In this document: piece by piece, positions 53,672 through 64,000 of the stretch
How the letters are laid out: every line of letters starts with the position of its first letter
Position numbering within the stretch: position 1 is the first letter of the stretch
NCBI RefSeq assembly: GCF_001194135.2
Contig: NC_068985.1
Span: 102,425,702-102,489,701 of the forward strand
Reading direction: 5' to 3'
Length of the DNA stretch: 64,000 bases
Source of the DNA: Octopus bimaculoides
Lineage: Eukaryota
Notes under the pieces: generated by a model
What the model was told of the DNA's origin: nothing
Database searches by the model: none
What the model saw: only the letters and a program-made list of their open reading frames with translations
Program-made: the position numbers and the translations under genes

Positions 53672-53830
53672 TCCTTTATTCTTTTACCTGTGTCAGTCAA
53701 CAGACTGCAGCCACGCTGGGCCCTTGAAGAATTTTAGTCGAACGAGTTGATACCAGTACACATTTAGTCAAAGCCTGGTACTTATTCTAACGGCCATTTT
53801 TACTGGACCGCTAAGTTACGGCGACGTGAC
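53672..53830 (-). mobile_element. 3' half of a family-C SINE
   Basis: ttattcttttacctgtgtcagtca..actgcagccacgctgg..tttagtcga..gcctggtacttattcta..accgctaagttacgg. Confidence 0.8.
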
Positions 53831-54722
53831 TCGCCGTTCAAAACATTGCATATGAATGTGAAAAGTTTTGGTCTACTCATTCACACACACTAGACAGAAG
53901 CTATGTGCATGCCAGGCTAGGATTATCCAACATAATTGCTTAATGTCCCTTTAAATTCCTAAATCCTTGAGAGGTCTGTAAGCCGTCTGTTCACAGCTCA
54001 AGAACAATTGTCAATTGAAAGTTGATATGCCTCGCACTAGATGTCACAACCTTCCAGTGGTCTCTACATTACATTGAATTCTTCACAACGCAATAATGAC
54101 TCATTGTCATTTTTCTGACTTTGCTTAGAAAGTTGATAACGTCATCGCTGCAGTTTTTAGTTGTCCGGCCTTCTTGGCTCCGGAAGGAGAGCCAATCTTA
54201 AATTCTTCGGTATATTGTCCTACTTGTTTTTCTTTCTCTACGTTTTTTGTATCGTATCTTACACTGTGTCACCCCTATCCACTCTTCATGTCTTCGTAAT
54301 TATTACAGAGTCGTAAAAGATTGCAAAAAGACACATCAGCACTCAATCTATGAAAGGAAAGCATTACGGTTTACAGAAGTTCGTGGCACTGTAGCTCAGT
54401 TACGTATTGTGCAATAGTAAGATACAAACATGAAACAAAACAGTGCTCATAATTCAGTCTAATAGATCTGTCGTTATTTTTCTTGTAATGCAAAGCCGCA
54501 ATTACAAAAATAGAACTATTGAAATAACAATCAATTTTTTTTAATAATTATAAAGGTGTCTTATATACAACATTACCAAAATTTATTTTTCTAAACAACC
54601 CGTTTCTGTTATACATATTGTCAATTGTACACGGTTGTGTTCCGTATTTAATTAATTTTTTCATTTAAGATATACATCACTATTATTCTTCAGAAAAGTA
54701 TGAAATTTTAAAATTTAAATTG

Positions 54723-54883
54723 TTTTTTTTTTCTTTGTAGGTAAGTGGCTCTCCCGCGTCTACTTCCGCGCCAAACTCTACAATTAACATGCATCATTGG
54801 AGCATGGCACACGCCTACAGGTGACCGAAAGTCCCTTCATATTTACATACATCGCCGCTGACACTGTCTTTTAGGAGGTAAGT
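54723..54883 (+). other. Candidate recursive splice site (AG|GT) with a downstream 137-nt cryptic exon
   Basis: 14-nt pure pyrimidine tract + GTAG (54723-54740) immediately followed by GTAAGT (54741-54746); second donor GAG|GTAAGT at 54878. Confidence 0.55.
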
Positions 54884-55051
54884 CACATCTTAATGGCAAA
54901 CAAGGACTCCAAATGTCGCACGCGTCCTTTTTATAATTTTTGCTTACCTGTGCCTACGTTTTTCTTTGTAATTATAAGCAAAAGGAATGCGAGTTTGTGC
55001 GTGCGTGCGTATCTGTGCGTATTATTGTTCTTGTTGTTAATTATAAAAATA

Positions 55052-55272
55052 ATGGTGGCGAGCTAGCAAATTAATTACGGAATCCAAATAGATGCCTTGC
55101 AAAAATTTATGCCGGTCCTCTACGTTCAGAGTTGGAACTCCATCAAGGTCAACCTTACCTTTCATACTCTCAGAATCGATAAAATAAAGTAAAATTCGAG
55201 TACGCGATTCACTAACTCCCACTAATCCCTCCCATCAATATCCCTAGACTTGTGCCTGAATTAGAAATAATT
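55052..55272 (+). mobile_element. Degenerate family-D SINE
   Basis: ggtggcgagctagcaaa..ctacgttcagagttggaactcc..ggtcaaccttacctttcatactctcagaatcgataaaataaagta..gacttgtgcctgaattagaaa. Confidence 0.78.
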
Positions 55273-55287
55273 AGTATTCTGAGAAGT

Positions 55288-55322
<35 letters not shown>

Positions 55323-57284
55323 NNNNNNNNNNNNNNNNNNNNNNNNNNNNNNNNNNNNNNNNNNNNNNNNNNNNNNNNNNNNNNNNNNNNNNNNNNNNNN
55401 NNNNNNNNNNNNNNNNNNNNNNNNNNNNNNNNNNNNNNNNNNNNNNNTATATACAGGTTTGGCCAAACGTCACCTGGCAGTAAATCAAAAGATTTACTTA
55501 TGTTTAACAACTTAATGAAATTAATAAAAGCATCTAAATATGAAATATCATGAAAATTGTTCAAACTGAAGTCCTTCTTGAGCGACACATTTTCCCATTC
55601 GAGTCAATACATAATTACAGGTAATATTTATGGAATTTTTATTTATTTTCGTGTGACTTTAGCCAAAAGCTGTAGCAGGAATTTTTCCTTATGCAAAGGA
55701 CCCAATGATGTAGGCAATGTTCAGAGATTAGAATATATGCGTGTGTATATATGCTCGTGTTTCTTGCATAAACGAAATAACATTTATATGAATGTTGCGT
55801 TCATCAAAATGTATATATATATATATATATGTGTGTGTGTACGTGTGTGTGTGTGTGTGTGTGTGTACGTATGTATGTATAAATATATGTATGTATGTAC
55901 AGACATTCTCTTTCTCTCTCACACACACACACATACATACACGCATTATTGTAGCACATGGATACTGGTTTCAGAGGAACGTAAATACGAAATTATATTT
56001 ACACATCCACACATTTCCTAGATGTTGAAGTGAAACATTACATAGTATTACCGTTTCTGTATCATTTTTTTAAAACCAGAACCCTCCAAAACCAGCAGGA
56101 GTTTCAAGAAAATTCAATGTTTTCATTCTATGAGAACTGTGTAAATTTGAAAGAGATTCACCTTCAGAATCCAAATAACAATAATCTCAGAGGGGAGCTC
56201 TGAAATTATAGATAGAAACTTGCTATAGTAATGACAACATGATATATAATATGTTTAAATTATCTTTATGCTCTGTATATTGAGTATTCTCGACTTTCTA
56301 ATTTGATTTGATCGTGATAAGTACGTATGCATATATATATATATATATATGCGTGTGCGTGTAGATAGATAGATAGATAGATAGATAGACTGACAGACAT
56401 TTGTGTGTATTAGCAGTGTTGTGAAATATGCTACAGTATTGATTTGTACATGATTATAAATACATCCAGAAACGCACTCACATTCCTGTTTGGGCAGGCA
56501 AACACACGTCCATACATCCATTTATAAACCTAACATTTAATTATGAATACGTATAAGTACTCAGATACACGTGTCGCTCAGATAAAGAAAGTGCACCTAT
56601 AAATACATAATTAACTGTTTGTTCATTGAGCTAGAATTCACAGAGATTAGAGAATAAGATGTGGGGGGGGGGAATGTGGAATTGCCCTGGGGGGTCTACG
56701 CAAAGATTCTATAGCAGACGTTGTTAGCAAGCTAATTCTTTTTCATTCACAACTGTCTTTTGAAAATGGAAAATTGGAACTAATAAGATGCGCCAACATA
56801 TTACGAATTGAGAGAAAGATGGTAAGTGTCCGGAGGCAAAAGATAGGTGAGCAACAAGAATCGTTGCCAGCTATAGTCAGTTGCCAATTTGGCATTACTG
56901 CATTCCAAGATTTCAACTCAGTGTGATAGGTCTATTGAAAATTTAATGAAGGGCTTGCTTTTTCAAATATCAGAAAATTAGGATTTGCAGTTTAGTGTCG
57001 GATGTGGTAATTTATAGGAGTGAATGTTTATATAGCTCAATAGCTGTTTCGCTTTCATTTGGATTGATATTTCTTACATGTTTAGGAATGATGACGAATT
57101 TTATGGAAGCAAAATTAGAAAAATGTGCTGTAAAGTATTATCGACTTTAGATGAATGATGTTTCCTAGTGAAGGAAGCCATGACATAAACGTGGTGTGTC
57201 AAATTTTCGCTACTTGCTGATGATAGTAATGAATACTTTTAACACAGGTTTAAGTTCACCAATTCTCTCCTTTTTTTTTTGTGT

Positions 57285-57440
57285 CTTATGCAGGAAAGAG
57301 TCGATTATATTGATCCAGTAAATTGACAGATATTTTATTTTATCAATTTTATCGACCGCAAAAGGATTTGTAAATCAGAACTTAAGTGAACGTAACGAAA
57401 TTCTGAAAGGTTCTAAAGCCATTTTTGCTAGTCTAACGTT
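57285..57440 (-). mobile_element. Degenerate, internally deleted family-D SINE
   Basis: gagtcgattatattgatccagtaa..ttttatcgaccgcaaaagga..tcagaact. Confidence 0.55.
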
Positions 57441-57640
57441 TTTTTTTTTCAATCTATAATGATGTGTAACACGGTAGCAATAGCTCAAGTTCATTAAAAA
57501 GATGTTGATATAGTCGATGAAAAATACTGAATGCATACAAATTGAAATGGAATCAGGATTATTTCACCTTCCTCGTTCATCTTATCCTACTCTACCGATT
57601 ATTTCGCTATTATATGACAATAATAGATTATTTCTATTAG

Positions 57641-57703
57641 GCACTCAAGTTGTAGAATGCATGAAAAAAGGGAAAATATATGCAGATGTTCATTTCTTTG
57701 CAA
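57641..57703 (+). CDS. Candidate 63-nt frame-preserving cassette exon
   Basis: ttatttctattag acceptor, CAA|gtgagt donor; two frames open (TQVVECMKKGKIYADVHFFA or HSSCRMHEKRENICRCSFLC); no recognised homology. Confidence 0.2.
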
Positions 57704-58654
57704 GTGAGTATATCTGATTCTTACAGAGATTTGAAACCGCTTCACTACTTCAGCTTTCTCATAACCTAAAGCGTTTGCTGTATTAATAAAATTGCTTTTA
57801 GCTTGCGCATTTATAAGACATAGAAATGAATTTCACTTATATTGCTCCTTTTATCAAAGGCATTGACAATCTATGGTTGTAGATCTTAATTTTATAAAAG
57901 GTTCCTTGGAGGATATTATCAGCACCTACCGAAAATAGGTAATCTTTGATAATTAACTTCGATATTGGGAACTCCTTGCATGGTGATACTCATAGAAATA
58001 ATTACAAGCAGAAAAGAGTGGATAAATGAAGTGCCATATAGCAAGGGAATATGTAAGTATCTATGTATGTCTATAAGCGTCTTGGTCGCAACGACTTCTG
58101 TAAGCGAATATGTATTTAAGTATGTATGTGTGTGTTTGTGTGTGTAAATACATCAGTTATATATGCATGGAAGGAGGGAGGGAAGAAGAGAGGGATGCAT
58201 GGGTGGATGGATGCGTGTGTACTGTGTAGAAAGTGTCTATTTTTGATCGTGTGATTCGTAAAATTTCGTTAAGGCACATGATATGAGTGTGTAATTTTCA
58301 GTAAAAAAAGGATAGAAAAAAAGTGGGAATAATTAAATGGAATTCATATTTGTTTGTTTTCCTTTCTAAAACTTTATAAAATATCGTTTTTAATGATTAT
58401 CTGACAGCAAGGTTAGATGTTTCTTTTTCGTACGAACTGAAATGTATTAATTATTTTCAAGAAATACAAATTATAATTTTGGAAGCTATTTTGATTTATA
58501 CAACTGTGGCCAAGTGTTTCCGAAAAGCATTTTTTATATAATTGAAATGTAGGTCATTCCGTAATGAATAATGTATGGATCAAAATAAATAGTACATGGA
58601 TAATTTCTTCGTATATCTACACATACATAAATGTTTTAATGTTCGTGATGTCTA

Positions 58655-58915
58655 GAAGTTAGTGTATCCGCTTCACATTCATAAAGTCTTGGGTTCAATT
58701 CCTGTTCATGACCAAAAAACATTCATCTCACTTTGCTCCCGTTTTCTCTCGTGAAATTGAATCGCAGCTAAATCCAGAGCGCTAGTAGAACCCTCTCCAC
58801 CACTCTCCAAAGAGAAAGAGAAAGAGAGAAAGAGACAGAGGTGGGCATGTTTCTCCAGGTGTCACATGTTCGATGATTTGCTGGGTCGACAATCAGGGTG
58901 TGTATGTCCGCCTAC
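58655..58915 (+). mobile_element. Very degenerate tRNA-headed SINE remnant
   Basis: B-box-like gggttcaattcctg followed by catctcactttgctcc..gtgaaattga. Confidence 0.4.
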
Positions 58916-59734
58916 GATTTCGTAAGAGAAAAATAATTAGCTAGCAAGTCTTGAATACGAAAAGCAATAACGAAATACTAAAATATAATTATAACAGTAG
59001 TTATCTTTCTCACATGCCGAAGAACACTCTCTCACTCTCACTTTTTCTCTTTCTGTCTCCTTTACTCTCTTTCTCTTATGTTAGTTGCAATATTTAGTAA
59101 TAGCGTTGTTGAAGGACGTACCATAGAAAATCTATTATATCCGATTCAATTGTGAGTTGAATTCGTTTAATTGCTGTTGCAGTTGTTGTTAAACTCTGCT
59201 TTCCTCTCTTGAAACATATGCAGACACCACTCACTCATGACATTTACTTCTATCCACCCTCTGTTTTAGAAATGTCTTACGTTATAGGAATATAATAAGT
59301 TGTAAAAATGTTCTGTTAATAATGAACATTTTATTAATATTTTTAATGTTCAACACTGTGTATCCGCTTGTGCAGTAATTAACAATTAAGTTTTACTGCA
59401 GATATTTCTTATCCTTGAACAGCACAGAACTACGATCATCATGCTATCATAGGAGATTATCATACAATTCTACAATACACACTTTCTATTTATCTCTGAA
59501 TTCAATACATACTCACAGCTAAATACGCGTACACATTCAGAGTCCCAGACACACAGACACAAACTCATACATGCATATATATGTGCACGCACGCACACAC
59601 ACACACACACACGCACGCACGCACACACACACACACACACACACATACACACACACATACACACACNNNNNNNNNNNNNNNNNNNNNNNNNNNNNNNNNN
59701 NNNNNNNNNNNNNNNNNNNNNNNNNNNNNNNNNN

Positions 59735-59770
<36 letters not shown>

Positions 59771-60290
59771 AAATGAAAGACGAATGATGAAATATACGAG
59801 AATTTATTTTTAATCATGACAATTGTTTCGACACATCTACCATCAATCACGAAAGTGATATGGTCCCGGTGGGTTTTACTATCTTCAACCCTTCATTATA
59901 GGTCGGTTACTTATTTGTTAACCCTAACATATAGCAGCTTATGAGTTTTGTATTCACACACTCCGAGCAAATTTTGTTCGGATTTCCATTACTGTTTAAT
60001 CTTTGGCTGTTTTGAATGATTGCTAGAATTCTGTTCAAACCAATTTAGTTTCATGTGAGTGTATGCATGACATAAAAACAGAGAATCCCTTGTCCATATT
60101 TAGCCATTCCTGTTACATAGTAGTTCGGCAAGTTGTTTCCCATTCCGATAGAATTGTTATTGGGCTCTTTATCGAGATTGGCATTCGTTTGTTTGACGAA
60201 CACCTTCAAGCTGAACTCCAGTGACTAAAGTCCATAAAAGTAAGACTACACACACCAAGAGACACACACGCTTACATACATGCATATATT

Positions 60291-60417
60291 CAGGGTGTCC
60301 ACAAAGTCTGGGGACATGGGGATTAACACATACGTCAAGAAATTATTATTTCTTATATTTAATTGTTTATGTTATGATTATTTTTACTCCATGTACCCAG
60401 ACCTTGTGGACACCGTG
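60291..60417. mobile_element. 127-bp Tc1/mariner-type MITE
   Basis: 29-bp terminal inverted repeats CAGGGTGTCCACAAAGTCTGGGGACATGG / CCATGTACCCAGACCTTGTGGACACCGTG (3 mismatches), AT-rich interior, TA-rich flanks. Confidence 0.88.
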
Positions 60418-60419
60418 TG

Positions 60420-60468
<49 letters not shown>

Positions 60469-61449
60469 ACACATTCACTTATATACATTCATTAGGTTAA
60501 ATTAGCTTCAAAATCAACTGGCGGTGATCTTGCTGGGGTTAGACTAGTAGTAACATTCATATGTCACTTTGATGTGACTACTCACTTTACTGTTTAGTAT
60601 ACGTTACTACTCAATCTCTTCTTGAGATTTTTAAACTAATTATTGTAATAATTGCAATTTAATCTTCTTAGACTTAATTGAAACAGCTGGAAGGGACTAT
60701 GTTTGATTTTTGCAGATAATAAATTCTAATTAAATGGTATATCTCCATTGTCTTACTATCTTTTGAATGATTATAAACCATGGAATATATATATAGTTTA
60801 ATGTTCCATTATAGGTTGGAACTACAGAGAAGAACTCGATCTAGTGAGAGATAAATATCACTTAATGCATTTAATGTCCGCAATATCAAAATAAGAGTTA
60901 CTAATAGTTTCATGCCAAGTTTTCTCGTACATCAGCGTCCTGGTTTTAAATTAGGCCTAACCACGCGCACTGAGCTTGAATGATAGCTTGAAGATAGAAG
61001 GCACATTATATTATCTGCCAGATTACCGTGTCTCCAGGTGTGCATTATAAGAAACTGTTAGTAGCTCTTCTTTTAATACTGTGTACATTGCAAGGTATGC
61101 ATGTGTGTGCGTGCATGTGTGACTGTGTATGTGCGCGTGCGAGTGTATGTGTGTAGCACATATGTATGGATACATTGATTAATTAATTAATTTAATTAAT
61201 TAATATAAGTTACTTATATGGTGTAGTAGAGGCAACATGTTCTTTGTCTATCCCCTTAACTTCTTAGAGATGTTAGGTATAATTATACTAATGTGTCCAT
61301 CTGTTCTAATTCAATTAAATTGTATGTCTTTGTGCAGCTGAAGTTTGCTCTGCATTTTAAATTGATGTAATGATTGCATTGTTCAATTAAATGGGGTTGC
61401 AAAAACGATCGTACTGCATTACCTCTGAACATCCTTGTTTATTTTGATC

Positions 61450-61488
<39 letters not shown>

Positions 61489-61498
61489 CGTGTGTGTG

Positions 61499-61731
61499 TT
61501 ATTTCTTTACTACCCACAAGAGGCTACACACAGAGGGGACAAACAAGGAGAGACAAACGGATTAAGTCGATTAAACCGACCCCAGTGCGTAACTGGTACT
61601 TATTTAATCGACCCCGAAAGGATGAAAGGCAACGTCGACCTCGGCAGAATTTGATTTCAGAACGTAGCGGCAGACGAAATACCGCTAAGCATTTCGCCCG
61701 GCGTGCTAACGTTTATGCCAGCTCGCCGACT

Positions 61732-61732
<1 letters not shown>
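61499..61732 (-). mobile_element. Well-preserved full-length family-D SINE between two (TG)n tracts
   Basis: Reverse complement: gtcggcgagctggcataaacgttagcacgccgggcgaaatgcttagcggtatttcgtctg..gcctttcatcctttcggggtcgattaaataagtaccag..gtgggtagtaaagaaat. Confidence 0.93.
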
Positions 61733-61817
<85 letters not shown>

Positions 61818-62806
61818 TATCTATGTATTTATATATACAGAACCTATGTATATAAATATATATTAATGTATGTATATATAGGTGTGTGTGGAGGGGTGTA
61901 AATCCATTTCTTATTTTCCATTCGCTTAATATAGTTCTCTCATTCTTTCCCCTTTTTCCTTGTTTTTTCTTCCATTTTCGCTATCTGCATTTGCCCTTTT
62001 TCTATCACAAACTTCTAGTTACTTGTGTATATCTCATTCTCTTTCTGGTTTCCATTTCCCAATTTCACTGCAATTTTGAACTTCGTAGAAGCCTACAGTG
62101 TTAAGTACAATCAAATTTCTGACAATGATGGAGTACTCAGTCAAGCGGAAGTTAAGGGCACTCGTATTATTCTTGCGAAAATTTATCCGAAATCCTAATT
62201 TATTTCCAGTTAACTTCCAAGAAGATTTGTTTGCGGCTCGCTTTCTCTGATTATTTCCACAGAACCTTGGCTTCTTTTCTTGATGCAATTCCTGTCCTTC
62301 TTCTATTGCATAATATGTGTTTTCCTATAGCCAGATATCTTTACCGATATTATAGACAAGCAATCATAAAGCGATGAGCCAGCTAGATTCTTTTCTATAT
62401 ATTTGTCTGTATATTTCATTCACTAAATCTCTCCAAAACAAATCACGTACGTGCCAATATATATATTAGTACGTCTAAAATTAATTCTTATGATATAAAA
62501 TATACTACACACATTTATACGGACAATTGTTATATAATAAAATAATTGTAATACATTTAGTTATTTATTTCGGGATTTGTAAAATTAAAGACAAATATTT
62601 GACTTTTGATTACGGCAAAGTAGTTTGAATTAAGTTACCACCACTTCTCATAGTTTGTGTATCAATAACTAATTTTCTCCGTTATCCTCTAAATAATAAC
62701 ATTCATATCATATATGGTCCTTGCGGACATTAATACAAACGTACACATAAACAGACACATGACTACACAAATAGGTATATATCTATATATTTACAGATAG
62801 GTAAGC

Positions 62807-62865
<59 letters not shown>

Positions 62866-62866
62866 C

Positions 62867-62923
<57 letters not shown>

Positions 62924-62990
62924 TGAATATAAACGAGATGACGTTATTCACCCGCAACAGATTTCATCATATAAATACATTCCGCATAGT

Positions 62991-63290
62991 GGAGGCGCAG
63001 TGGTCCAGCGGTTAGGGCAGCGGACTCACGGTCGTGGGATCATGGTTTCGATTCCCAGACCGGGCGTTGTGAGTGTTTATTAAGCGAAAACACCTAAGCT
63101 CCACGAGGCTCCGGCAGGGGGGGGCGACCCCTGTTGTACTCTTTCGCCCCAACTTTCGCTTACTCTTTCTTCCTGTTTCTTGAGTAACGCTGCGATGGAC
63201 CGGCGTCCCGTCCAACTAGAGGAACACACACGCCATAGAAACCGTGGAACCGGGCCCATGAGCCTGGATAGGCTTTGAAAGGGCGACGTT
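62991..63290 (+). mobile_element. Full-length family-B SINE
   Basis: ggaggcgcagtggtccagcggttagggcagcggactc..ggtttcgattcccagaccggg head; B tail tgagtaacgctgcgatggaccggcgtcccgtcc..gggcccatgagcctgg. Confidence 0.92.
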
Positions 63291-63966
63291 TATCGTTTCA
63301 TATTCCATTACCAACAGAGATATGACTTTGTTGACATATCATCCGATGATAGGAAACACAGCGAGAAGTTTTAACTACTTTAAGTAAAGAAAATGTAGCT
63401 AGAACTAAATTACTATAAGTAGTGTGGGCGTGTGCGAGTGTGTGTGTGTCCGCGTGCGTATGTGTGTGTATACACAGAAGAGTGAAGGAGGAATAGCTGA
63501 ACAAACGGATAAAAGCAAATTCTCTTTAGTTTATTTCGTTTATATTCTATTCAGTGTTTATTTGTATGTATGCGTTTGCCTATAATTCACATTTGAAGCA
63601 TTACAAATGATCTTACCGTCACCGCCATACTGACTAAATCAGCCTAGCATCATATGAATAAATATAATCGTTTCTTGCCAAAGGTTTCTACAGCAAGATT
63701 TCCAAAGTAGCGTTCTGCCCTGATAAGTAACCTGAGTTCAACCGTCGCGAAAACAAACTGCATTATCGTTAACTCTTTACCCAAATCCTATTATACTTAT
63801 CGTTACAGTCTGGTGAATACAGCATGACCTCTGTTTAAGCTGCCTAGACTGATAGAGACAAAGTTTCGTAACAAGCTCATATATTTAGTCACATATAGAT
63901 CTCGCTTTTTCTTTCTCCTTCTCTCTCAATCTATGTATTTATGGATATAGATATGTGTATATGTGC

Positions 63967-64000
<34 letters not shown>

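Noticed and set aside
54174-54197. Hairpin TTGGCTC-8nt-GAGCCAA overlapping a CCAAT box
   Set aside because: A single 7-bp stem and one short motif are expected by chance; no other promoter evidence

Overview
AT-rich, repeat-dense eukaryotic non-coding DNA, probably intron or intergenic. It looks like an octopus draft assembly: this is inferred from the recognisable tRNA-derived SINE families, the extreme microsatellite load and 11 N-gaps that all abut microsatellites. No complete protein-coding gene can be supported. Nearly all listed ORFs are microsatellite or N-gap artefacts; the only recognisable protein remnant is the C-terminus of a Helitron PIF1-type helicase (22984-23217, minus). The window holds about 30 SINE copies or fragments from several families, labelled A-E and H here, plus a 127-bp Tc1/mariner-type MITE and several local duplications. 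Four signals stand out. (1) A tRNA-headed SINE carries a degenerate minimal hammerhead-ribozyme motif and has an inverted second copy of its body (37134-37690), as in Penelope-like elements. (2) A textbook recursive splice site, polypyrimidine-TAG|GTAAGT, is followed by a 137-nt exon closed in all three frames and a second strong donor (54723-54883). (3) The long (GATA)n and (TAG)n arrays show strong one-strand polarity across the window. (4) The SINE families exchange head and tail modules. Family assignments come from motif recognition and need a Dfam/Repbase check.
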